From: the human T2T-CHM13v2.0 reference genome, Homo sapiens
Reading direction: 5' to 3' (one strand)
DNA: 64,000 nucleotides
NCBI RefSeq assembly: GCF_009914755.1
Contig: NC_060933.1
Of this stretch, positions 49,320-62,330 are shown piece after piece. The translations under genes were made by a program, and so were the position numbers. Every line of letters starts with the position of its first letter. Position 1 is the first letter of the stretch. The notes below the pieces were generated by a model. The model was not told the origin of the DNA, searched no databases, and worked only from the letters and a program-made list of their open reading frames with translations.

Positions 49320-50400
49320 GGTTAGCGCAGAGCCAGCCCTTTGAGTGCAGGGAGTGAGGAGGCACCGCTAAGACGGCGGGCCTTGGCTGGGCGTCCGCGG
49401 GGCTTTGGTGGGCCTAGAGCGCTAGGGACTGGCACGCACCAGCACTGAGGGGCAAAGCGGGCGCAGTCAGGCCCTCCACCCCGCGTCGGCACGCGGTCTT
49501 AAATATTACCCCGGAGTTTTCAATTATCTCTCCTTAATGGATTTGCAGGGGCTCTTTCATCAAGCGCGGGGTGGCTGGGTGTGGGGGTGCGGGGAGCGCG
49601 CGGCGAGGGCTGGAGCTGGGAAAATGGCCCATATTTCAATATTAAAGCCCTTTACGATCGTCAGCAGCATGAAAGATGCTGCAAATTAAACGGAGCCGCC
49701 CGCGCCAGCCTCTCCATCTCGCAAGTTTTAATTAACGCTGAGGGGGAGGCGGCTGACGGGCGGGTCGGAGCCGGGCCAGCGGCGGATCTGGGAGCCTGCG
49801 GATCCCAGATTCCGAACTGGAGCGTCAGGGATCTCTCGGGCCAGGCCAGGCGGAGGCGGAGGGTGGTGGGCTCCGAGTCCCGGGCGAGGGCGCGGAAGAT
49901 GCCCGTGGAGATGGGCAAGGCTGAGGGGTGGGGGACAGGTTGGAAGGTCTCTGAGCATCTGACCGGGAAACAAAACTCTGCAACTGAATGCAGGAAGCTT
50001 TGTTCTTAAAGGTGAGGGGGCTTGTGGCCAAATCATCGAGCTCTTCATCCCCAGGCTCCTTCAGCGCGCGTCCTTCTGCCTCTCTTCTTTCGACCAGCAC
50101 TTCCCCCAAACGCTCCCCCGCGTTGATTCCCGGTCCCCTCCCACCTCATCCTGTGGCTCCTTGTTTCGGGACGCAGTTGTGCTTCTGTGACCCCGCGGCT
50201 CCTGTTCTGGGACGTCTGCTTTCTCCATCACTCCCTGGCTTCCCGGGCGGGCCCCATCCTCCTGAGCGGAGCGGAGCAGCGCGCACAGAAGCGCCACTGT
50301 TCTGCCTTGGCAGGGCCTGGCCCGACAGCTTGTGCCTGCGCAGCAGACCCATCCGTCAGGCGGGAAGGATGGAGCGACGTCCGGCTGCCCGCTCTGAGGA
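49320..50400. promoter_or_regulatory. CpG island with embedded AT-rich motif-dense cores
   Basis: high GC and CpG density; no associated coding exon recognised. Confidence 0.85.
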
Positions 50401-51229
50401 CTCCCCAGGGAGACACATCTGGCCTTGGCCCAGACTCCTCTCTTCCCTTCTCCCAACCCGCCAACCCTTCCCCCAAATACCAGCTCAGTATATACTTCTG
50501 TCTCTCCTCCTTTCCTTGCTTCTCCTCCTCCCTCCCATACACATGCAGCCTGGGGCCTGGGGCCCAGGAGAGCTACTCCTCTCATGGGTCACACTGAGAA
50601 GTCCTTCCTCCACCTGCATCCACATGGCAGGGCATAACTCTAAAGCTTAAAAAGATCCAGCGATCTCAGTGGACCACAATCCAAAGCTAAGTCAGCCAAT
50701 CAACACTCAAGGGCTTAAATCAAGGACTTTGGGCAAACCCTATAGAGTGGAGGAATTAGAAAAATAATACAAATAAAAGACATGGTCATTATTCCTGGGT
50801 ATTTACAGATACTTCTTTGTGCTTCCTGAAATGTTTTGCAGAAATCACATTCTCCTCTCATTGTGCTACACAGCTTGTAAGCACCAAGACAAGAAATTCT
50901 ATGATAAAGCAAAAAGAAAAGAAAAGAAAAAAATCCTCTTCTACTTTCTTCTTGGTGTGTATTTTTTCTTGTCAATTTCTGATAATCTATCAAGCCTACT
51001 TAAAATAGTGCCTGCTTATGCAGTATGGTTAGGATGATGAACACACTTAAACAGGATAGGGAATAAGTACAAACTACAAGTGCTGTGGGGATGCAGAGTA
51101 ATAGGACAAGTGGTGAAAATTAAAACATTTTTGGCTTAATCAAGGAGTACTTCCTGGAAGAGAGGAGACCTGATTTGGAAGGAGAGGTGATATAAACTTG
51201 AAAAGAAAGTTCCAGATGTGGAAACACTG

Positions 51230-51537
51230 GTTTTATTCTTTATTTTTATTTTGAGACAGGATCGTACTCTGTCATCCAAGTTGGAGTGCAGTGGCACGAT
51301 CTTGGCTCACTGCAACCTCCACTTCCCGGGATCAAATGATCCTCTGCCTCAGCCTCCTGAGTAGCTGGGACTACAGGTGTGTGCCACCACACCCAGCTAA
51401 TTTTTTTGCTTTTTTTGTAGAGATGGGGTTTTGCCATATTGCTCCAGCTGGTCTTGAACTCCTGGACTCAGGCGATTCCCCTGCTGCCTTGGCCTTCTAA
51501 AATGCTGGGATTATAGTCATGAGCCACCACACCTGGC
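51230..51537 (-). mobile_element. AluJ-like
   Basis: TSD aacac(t/c)ggtt. Confidence 0.9.
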
Positions 51538-51949
51538 TAACACCGGTTCTAAAATTAGGCAGAATCTATATTTTACTTCAGGTTGAGGAGCAGATAATCT
51601 TGGCTATATTTTCCCTGACAATACAGTAAGATGAAAGAAACCTTGTGCAATAGCAGGAAGAATTCAGGGTAGACAGTGGGATCTTGGCTAATGCTGGAGA
51701 CTAAAGTGAATGGAGAGAGACCCTGAAGCACCCTTCTCCCATACTTGGCTATGGGCTATGGGAGGGATGCCTGGACTCTGAGACTTGGCCACCATGTTGT
51801 GTTTTGCCATAGAAGATTTGGACATGAAGTTGAATAAGGCAGGAACGACCTCACAGCATCAGCCACAACCCCCAATGTGGCTGGAGAAGGAGGGAGAGAG
51901 GGCAAAGAATATCTTCCTCTTACTCAGATTGTAAGTGGAGAAACTGAAG

Positions 51950-52330
51950 TCCATTCACTCAAATCCATAAGTGTCTACTGAGCACCTCCTATGTGGCAAG
52001 CACTATATAGGCCCTAAGGATCCAGAGATGATCAGGGCATGGTCCCTGTCAACATGGTGCTCACAGTCTAGTGGGAAATAGAGTTCACTCGTCATTCTAT
52101 CATTCAATCAAAAACAAAAAGTATTGAGCACTTACTCTGAGCCAGGCAGAGTTGCAGGTGCTGGAGATGCAACTGTGAACAAGACAGACCCAATCCCTGC
52201 CCCATCAGAGAGTACTACCTGGTGCAGAAGACACATACATAAACAGGCAGCTATAATTCAGGGTGATGTATGCTATGAAGGGGAAAGGACAGTTGCCATG
52301 GGGTGGCATATCCATAGATATGCCATAGAT
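51950..52330 (-). mobile_element. L2 fragments
   Basis: tattgagcacttactctgagccaggc...gtgaacaagacagac. Confidence 0.7.
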
Positions 52331-53191
52331 CCATAGGTTCCCATGAGGGGATCTATCCGAGTCTGTGAAAGGGGATGTGAGGATGATGTGGAAGAAGCAA
52401 CACCAAATCTGATCTGCTCACAAGGTGCGCAGAAGTCAAGTGTGGGATGGCATGGGGAGGGTGTCCTGGGCCGAGAGTTTGTGTTCCTTTTCAGCATCTT
52501 ACTAGGAGCTTGTGGCCAAATCAGGCCCAGGCAGAGCTTCTTCCCTCTAGTCACAGGATAGCACTGGCCTGCACCAACACAGTTCTTCCAACACCAGCAG
52601 GGGAAACCAGATGATAATCCTAACAGAGCCAGACCAAGGAATGAGGTTATCAGTTTTCCTTTTTCTGCTGGGAAGTTTCTGCCTTGGGGCTAGGCTATGT
52701 AGGGGGAGGCTGGGAGGTGGGAGGGCACTGTGGAGGATCTTACTCTTTCCACCCTCCTCTCACTGATCCTAGTTTTGAACAAGAAACAGGTGATCTGTTT
52801 CTCTAGTTGCAGCTGAATAGAAACCAGGACAAGAAAGTGTTGTCCTCCCCAGACACGTTTCTGTCTCCTGGGTCCTAACCAGCTGCCTACTTGAGCCATC
52901 TGACTTCAATCCACAGGGCCTCCCAGGAGCTGAATCCAGAAGGGCAAGAACAAAGTAGCAAAGCAGGAAAGGGCATTCAGAAGAGAACAGCATGGGCAAA
53001 GGTCCCAAGGCCAGAGGACTTGGAAACTGCAAGTCCCTCAGTGTAGAGATGAGTCTGTAGAGGAGGTTGACACAAGCTTGTGAAAGACCCAGTATGCCAG
53101 GCTAAGGGGGTGGGAACAGTGAGGGACACTGAGGGTTTTATGGCTTAAATTTTGACAAGTGTATCTACATATAGACAACTAATGTAACACT

Positions 53192-53790
<599 letters not shown>

Positions 53791-54114
53791 CCATATAAAG
53801 TAACACTCTTGAACTCACTATCCAGACTTGAGGTTTTGTTAAGTTACTGTTAAAATTTTGTCAATTTTGCTCTTGAGTTTTCAAAATAAACAGGTCATTA
53901 CAGATAAAGTTGAAGTTCCCTTTGTCCCTTCCCCAGTACCGTTCCCCTCCCTTTCAGAAGCACCACCATCATATATTTTTTCTATTTTTATCATAGATAT
54001 ATATCCATGGATAACATTATAAGGCTTCAGTGCATTTTAAAAAGAGGTCCAATGGTTATGATATAATTTATAACTTTAGTTTTCCATCGCACATTTTTAA
54101 AAAAGTCTTTATTT

Positions 54115-54420
<306 letters not shown>

Positions 54421-57400
54421 AAAAAAGTCTTTATTTGAGGTTTTCGGCAAAGTGCTGACAAGGGTAAAACTAGTGTTAGAAGATCATGCTGGTTACCAAG
54501 TGGAGTATTCCAGGTGACAGAGGAGGACCAAGGATGGTGACAGTGGGAAGGAGGAGACAGAGGTAAAAGGAGACTCCACACCACAGGTCACTGGTGATCG
54601 CCCTGTGAGGGCAGGGTTGTTTTATACATGCTGTTCTTCAGCACCATGAACAGGGCCTGGCTGTTGGAGATGCCCAGTAAATATCTGTTGACAGAGAAAG
54701 GTTGACAGGGGCAGATGGATCCAGGATGACTCCCAAATTCCTAACCCAGTGCAAAAGCCTGGATGATGATCCCAGTCTCCATTATGAGGGCCCCAGGAGG
54801 AGAAGCTGGATTGCAGGGAAAGATGAATCCAGAAGCCATCTCTCTGATCTAGAGGAAACGAGGCTGTGCTGTGTGGAAGGGATTAATGTTAGGAAGCAGA
54901 CCAGACTTCCGTTCTTAGGACAGAAAAAAATCTTGTAGCGGATAGTTCAAGGCTATAAAAGATCTGAAGGGACCCAGAGATGGTAAGAGTGGAAAGGTTC
55001 AGTCCTGCTGGGGGCAAAGGGATAGTTGAAAAACAAGCCAAAAACAATAATCACTTTCCTCAGAAGGCCAGGAGGGCAGGGCCCAGCTTCTCCATCAGCC
55101 ACAGTGAGTGTCTTATAGCCCTCTGTGTGGTGGGTACCCACAGCCCATTAGCCAAGGCAGAGGAGGAGGAGGAAGGTATAGTAAGTGCATCTAGGATCAT
55201 AAAGACCTTGTCAGATGCCCACACTCAACTTTGCTCCCACTCCATATTCATCAACAAGATGGAAAAGTGGGGTGCTCACAACTGCTTCTTAGGACTTATT
55301 CTTGACCAAATTCAATTTCTCTGTTCAGGGAAGGATGTGAAATATAACCTGCTTTCCAACTCTTAAGACCCAGAGCTCTGGCTCTTCACCTCAAAAAGCT
55401 ACCTTCTGCAAGAGCTCCCTCAAAGTCACTGCCACCCCCACTTCCTCACCCCACCACCCCTGCCCCAGGCACAGCCACCACCCACCCTCTGCTGCTAATT
55501 CACCTATAAATGGTCTCCTGCCTTGCGTCTCCACTCAGTTTTGTTCTTTCTCTAACAGGTTCCACTCCCCTGAAAGCCCACCCGATCCTTCCTGTTACCC
55601 TAGCACTAACTTCCTAAATGAAGTGCGGTGGCTTACAGTTCTGTCCTTCTCTGTTTTTGTCACTCTTTCCACTCACAATTCTTTGGGTCCTGGCTATGGT
55701 TAAGTGGCATTTCTCTACTTCATCCCTGGGTGCAGGGACAGAAATGCTTTTACCATCCCCAGTGCCCCTCTCTGGGGGTAGCAGAGAAGTCACTTTAGTT
55801 TTGTTTGGTCTGGTGGAGTAAGGCATGCCCTTCTTTCAGAGAGGGAGCTGTCATGGATCTAAGCCAGTCCCTGTCCTAGGAGTACTTGCAATTTAGACTT
55901 GCTCTTTAGTCAAGGAATTTTAAATATTGTAAAGCAATGCCGTAGCTGGAGGGGGAGAATCTTGGAATCCCCTTTCCATGAGTCTGCTATTTGAAGGTGT
56001 GGTGGGATCCCTTGGAAGTGTGGGCCCCTTGTACTCTGGATCTAATCCTTAGAGTCACCAAAGGGCCAACATAATGATTCTCAAACCAATCTGTGATCGG
56101 TCCCCTCATACCTTGAACTTGGGCAGGCTGCTAATTTTTATCAGAGCAATACACCCTGTAGATACCACCTCCCTGAACTCTAAACTGAGCAGAGCTCTAA
56201 ACCATCAAAGAATCAGGCTATATAGACTTCCACCTTAAATGGGTGTAGATTCAACATGATTCCGAAAGTCACGTGACTTGCCTCGCTAACCAGGGTTCTT
56301 CCTCAGTGGGGAAACTACTTGGGCCATTTTTCCTTCTCCTTTTCACCTACCTGAATTATTACATTTATTTATAATTAACATATATTGCATGTAATATTAA
56401 AAAAAATAAAACTTAGAAAGACTTGGTGGTGGGTGCTGCTGAATTAGGTATCAGAGCCCCAGTTAGGTGGGTGTCCTGTGGAGTTTCTGATGAATCAAAA
56501 GCCGTTTTTGGGCACTTTAAAAACATGGACGCCTTGAGCCCTGGGCAGCCCCAAGGCTGTGACTACCGAGGGCACCCACAGAGGATTAGAACTGGGGCAC
56601 TGGAATGAGAGGACCATCAGAAGCAAGGCCTGGATGCTCAAATTCCCACCACAGTCATAAAACTTAAGAGCATCTAAGTCGCAAGCAGCTTTTAGTTTCT
56701 TTCTTAAGAATCCAACTAATCTTGTGTTCCACCTTGTAGCCTTCTATAAAGTGTGACCATTCACTTGGTTGATGATTAATGATTCAGCTAGTAATTATTA
56801 AACAGAAAGGAACCAGAAATAAGAATCACGAATTTACACAAAACATTTCATGTTCTTAATGCTAAACTTGAAGGTAAAACACTAGGAAGGTAGAAAACAC
56901 AATGTTGCTATTTGTTTTGTTCTTCTAAAGAATGAAGAAGTCAGATTTCCTGGTCCTTGTGTAGGCTCTCTTCCTGACAGGGTTTCTCAAACTTTTCTGC
57001 CAAAGTCCCTTTGTTATTAGAGGCAGGAGGGTAAACTTGGACCCCAGCAGTCTGGGGGATTGCCCTGAAGGGCCATTAGCAAGGACCAATTATTTCTTTT
57101 TTTTTTTTTTTTTTAAAAAAAAGACATGTTTAATTAAATAATAGGTTACTTCATCTTCATTATTTGCATTATATAAAAATAGGATTTTTTATTAATAAGA
57201 AAATAGCAGATTCTTTTGTGGCCTTAAGTTTTAGCTCTAAAATGATGCAAACTTTGCATTTTATAACGTAGTATATTTTATACAACTTAATATAAAAATG
57301 ATGTTTTAAACCATCTGCCATCAAAAAACCTCTGTGGCCCTCAGAGAGGCTTCTTATATATCCGGGGACACCCTCAGCGAGCAGCTACTGCAGTGTGGCC

Positions 57401-57752
57401 TGGGGAACTTGCACCCAGGTGAGAGGTGCTATGGGGTGTGGTGGTTTGTTAAACTAGCTGCCACTGTCCCAGGTTGTATCTTTAATGACTACCATTTAGT
57501 GAGCACTACTATGTGCCAGACTCTACGCCAAATGCTTTTATATGCTTATGCCATTTAAATTCTCACAACCACCTGCCTAAGGCCACACAGCTGTAAGGTG
57601 GCAGAGTGGGGATTCAAACACCTGTCTGCTTGGTTTCAAAGCCAACTGTGACCCCCTGCTGACTCTTAGAGGCCAAGGCTGAAGCCCCTGGCTGAGTGAG
57701 TGGTGGTGACCTGGGGAAAGGACTGTTGTGGTGCATCTGGAAAGAGTGTCGG

Positions 57753-57872
57753 GGGTGTTCCGAAGGTAGTGCCTTATCTCAATTGATTGTTCACAGTCAG
57801 CTACAGATCAAACTCCTTGTTCTGCTCCTTCCCCCTTCTCACTACTGCACTTGACCAGTCTTTAAAAAAAAA
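57753..57872 (+). pseudogene. Y RNA (RNY1) retropseudogene
   Basis: ccgaaggtagtg..ttatctcaattgattgttcacagtcag.tacagatc.aactccttgttct...ctcactactgcacttgac.agtcttt followed by an A9 tail. Confidence 0.93.
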
Positions 57873-57899
57873 TACATACGGTGCAGGTCTAATACGAGA

Positions 57900-58250
57900 A
57901 GGGTCAGAAAAGCTAGGCTTAGGTCTAGCTCTGCCTTTGACTAGCTATAGGTTCTTTAGGGAGGCCCTCAGCCCTGTCTATAAATGGGACTATAAAGGTC
58001 TGTGAAAGGGGCAATGGAAAAAAGATGAATGTTGAGCCACATCTCAGGCTCCTTTCTTGCTCCACTGCTTATCAGCTGTGTCATCTTAGGCACATCACTA
58101 CGACTCTAAGCCTGTTTCCTCACTTCTAAAATGTGAAGAACAATACCCACCTCACAGGGCTGCTCTGGGGATGAAAAATAATACACATGAAACACCTGGA
58201 ACAGAGTTTACATATAGTAGTTGCACAATAAATGCTTCCCAATAGTAGTT
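57900..58250 (+). mobile_element. MIR fragments
   Basis: gcctgtttcctcacttctaaaatg...acctggaacagag...caataaatg. Confidence 0.7.
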
Positions 58251-58418
58251 ATCCTTGTAATAGTGGTATTAGCGATACTACTAAAGTATTATTATATAAA
58301 GTAGTATTAGCAATGCTACTAAAGTATTCATATTTTAAAACTGTGATTATTAAAGTGAGAAAAATGTATGAAAGGAATACTACAAATTAAGGTAATCCAC
58401 TAAAAATAAGGAGCTGGA

Positions 58419-58752
<334 letters not shown>

Positions 58753-59299
58753 TTAATGTACGCCAAAATAGTTCTGCTGGTTGAAGGCCTGGAGTTCCCT
58801 GCAATGGGTGGGGAAGGGGATTAGCCTGGGGAAATAATGCCTGGGTCAAGTTAGGGAAGATCCAGGTCCCTCTGCTGAGGGACAGTTTGGAGGACAGAGC
58901 CTGACCCTCCATGAAGAGAGACTCTCAAGGTCTCTTTTAGCTTTAACATTGGCTAAGTGTGATTCTATGACTCAACCAGTCTGCCCTAATTCCTCAGTGT
59001 GGGCAGGACATGAAAGACAACCCACCAGTATCTCAGTGAGTTTGTGTGGAGCCCACCTTGGCAGTCACACACAGACACTTCCCAGAGTCTCAGTGATGAC
59101 GATTCTCTCTAAGGGGAACCCAAGCCTTAACCAAAGACCACCTCTCCATCTTCCTGCTGGGGTCTTGCAGGTCAGCCTAGAGGGAGTTTTCCAGAGCAGG
59201 TGGCTTCCTGAGTGGCCAAGATCATGTGAGCAGGATAAGTTCTCTTCTCGCTGGGCCTTTCCTCCCTAAGCTGGTGTCCCAGGCACCTCTCTCTGTTTG

Positions 59300-59620
59300 G
59301 AAATCAGATTCTTTATGGTTTATTTTTGACACCAGATAATCGCTGCCCAAGTTTCATCAATTTGTCACTGTTTTTATTGTCAGCAATTGCCCATAACTGG
59401 AGCACGTTTAAAATGTCATTGATCTTGGTATTACAGTGTCATAATCTGACAGTAATATGTGTAGCCAGCACAGGAAGCCCAGGCTCTGAGATTGATGGCG
59501 CACAGCACACCAATTATATTCTGTCCATCTAAGTGATAAAAGAGTACGTAGGAGGCATTCAATAGATAAATTAGATATCACTCCCAATTATGTCCTTTAT
59601 TTTATGGAGTCATATGCTCC
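59300..59620. promoter_or_regulatory. Candidate conserved enhancer with TALE-motif cluster
   Basis: six TGTCA/TGACA sites in 59327-59451 plus TTTAT, TAAT and GATA words. Confidence 0.55.
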
Positions 59621-61329
59621 CCTTAGAACTTTTTTTCTTCATTTGGCTTGTAAAGGGGAATTACTTGACCCCCCTAAAGACTGGGACTGCCTCCCCTGCC
59701 TGTCCCAACTTGGGTTCTACCCTGATCCCTTCCGACAGGCTCATAGTCTTTCACCTGGGCTTTCTCTGGGACTCACCTAGGAGTTCCCCAGTGTGGTAGG
59801 TCCACAGGTGTAAAGGGAGGGAGGCAGAGGTGCTTCACCATTTGGGAAGGAGTTGGGTCAGGCCTTTGGGAAGGACTAGGAAGTCTGACAATGCCTTTAA
59901 TGTGACACTGCCCAAATAAATGGGACCGGGAGAGGGGCTGGAAAATGGGTAAAAATCCTCCAGTCCAGACAACAGAGCCTTCAAATTAGGACAACTAGTA
60001 ATTGGCTATGGCTGGGGAGGAAGAGGATGGTAAAAAGGTTTTCAGTCCTTAAGAAGTGAATTCATCCATCCCTCTACCTCCACTCCAGACTGGGTGGGGC
60101 CAATTCAAGCCCTTCCTCGGAAGAACTCCCAGAATCTTCTACATCCCCATTCTGATCCATATCAGATGACTTCCTCAGCTCAAGTCCTAGCTCTGCCACT
60201 GTGGTAGGGACATAATACCAGCTTTCCTGGGGGAGGCAGAGGGCTCCTGTTTGAGAAAAAGCCCGAAGAATGGTTCATTTCCAAGAAGAGAGCTCACCTG
60301 AGGCAGGGAAGTGCCTGGCCAAGGAATAGAGGTACAGTGAAGGCATAACTTTATTGGAGGCCTGGTTTATAAGCATCATAAACTCTGAGGACAGCCTTGA
60401 CCTGGTCCAGACCCCTGTTTCCCCATCCCCCAAAGCCAGCAGGAAACATGGCAGAGGCCGAGACACCAAGTAGTAAACAGTGATCTAGGTCCATTGATCG
60501 AGCTTTCAAAGAGAAAGTGTCCATGGGTTGGGCTGCTCTCCATTGCCCTGTTGCCATCTCAATGTTATAAATAATTCTGGCACTAAGTGCCCTGTCACAC
60601 CGAGTGGAAGTAGTTCTTATAGAGTGAAACCTGAGAATATGGGTCATGGGAGGAGGGGTGACTCGGGGCAGGGGTAGAGATGGGGAGTGATCACCCCAAG
60701 GCTCCTCAACTATACCCCTAGGCTGGTGATAGATGAATTTCTGGAGCAGAGGATGGCATTTCAAATGAAATGGTTATAGGAAATGAGTGTGATTTAAACA
60801 ACGTCTTGGCTGATAAGCACCAGCCAGCTGGGGGGAGATGGCAGGCTAGAAGTGGAGGAATCAAAAGCCCAGAGGCCCCCAGTGTTAAGTAGCTGTCTGA
60901 AGCTCCGCTCAAACACACACACCAGCTTTGGTCTCAACATGTTTTTAAGAGCTGGTTATGATTTCCTTGAGGGCGGCTCAGATTAAGACTAGAGTGGAGC
61001 CCCCAGCTAAGCACCTTCAATAACTGTCGATCACATCCTCTTTAGAAACAGCAGCCTCTTCCCCTTGGCTCAGGGACCCTGTAATTGGGGAGGGCTGTGA
61101 AGCTGCGTGGCTTGTCAGCCTGTTCCCAGGCAGCACGGGGCCTGTCTGTCCTTTGCCTGGGGTCCTGCCCTGGATCCCAGGAACAGAGATTGAGCCCCAC
61201 CCACAGAGAGCTCTCAGTCTTCAAGAAGAGAGAAAACATACAACCTAGAAAAGAAGAGAGGAAGCAAAGAGAGCAAAAGGATGGAAGCCAAGGAAGAGGA
61301 AACTGTCACCAAATCCAGAATTTGGGCCT

Positions 61330-62330
61330 TTCTCACCACATGCACTGCTGCCATCCTGGTCCAAGCCACACATTTCTCACTTGGATTAGTGCAATGACCT
61401 TTCAACAAGTCTCCCTGCATCTTCCCTTGGCCCCCTGTGATCTATTCTCAACACAAAAGACAAAAAGACTATTTAAAAACTGAAGTCCAGGCCAGGTGCA
61501 GTGGCTCATGACTGTAATCCCAGCACTTTGGGAGGCCAAGGTGGGTGGATCACGAGGTCGGGAGTTCAAGACCAGCCTGGCCAAGATGGTGAAACCCCGT
61601 CTCTACTAAAACTACAAAAATTAGCTGGGCATGGTGGCAGGTGCCTGTAATCCCAGCTACTTGGGAGGCTGAGGCAGAAGAATCACTTGAACCTGGGTGG
61701 CAGAAGTTGTAGTGAGTCAAGATTGTGCCACTGCACTCTAGCTTGGGTGACAGAGTGAGACTGTCTCTCAAAACAAAACAAGACCCTGAAGTCCAATCAT
61801 GTCTTTCCTCTCTACTTCACTCAGAATAAAAAGCAAAGTCCTTAAGTTGACTTACGAGGCCGAACATCATCTGTTCCCTCCTTACCTCTCTGATGCCATC
61901 TCCTCCCACTCTTGCTCACTCCCACAGACTTGCCAGGCATGTTCCTGCCTCAGGGCCTTAGCACCAGCCACTCCCTCTACTTGGAATACTCTTGCCAAGA
62001 TGTCTATGGGGCTAACTTCCTCTCTCACCTCTAAGTCTTTGTTCAAATACCATATTCGCAGTGAGCTCTCCTTGACAACCATACTAAAAACCTCAGATTT
62101 CCCCTCCATGCTGATCCTTCTGTACGTGATCTATTCCTTTTCTGTAACAATTATCATTTTCTAATATATGATATAATTTACTTATTTAGTAAGAATATTG
62201 TTCATTATCTGTCTTTCTCTGCTAGAATGTAAACTCCACACAGGTGGGGGGTCTTTCTCTGTTTTGATCACCAATGTATTCTAAGAACTTGGAATAGTAC
62301 TCAATAATAATTGCTTAGTGAGTAAATGCA
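61330..62330 (+). mobile_element. L2 interrupted by Alu (61490-61780)
   Basis: L2 3' motifs (gctagaatgtaaactcc...ctcaataa); Alu TSD ctgaagtcca. Confidence 0.8.

Noticed and set aside
49988-50650. 220-aa ORF (and overlapping ORFs on both strands) in the CpG island
   Set aside because: Low-complexity P/S/R/L composition, several frames open at once, no recognisable domain; expected from GC-rich DNA
56978-57400. Possible hAT/Charlie element (cagggtttctcaaact start)
   Set aside because: No matching terminal inverted repeat could be confirmed by eye
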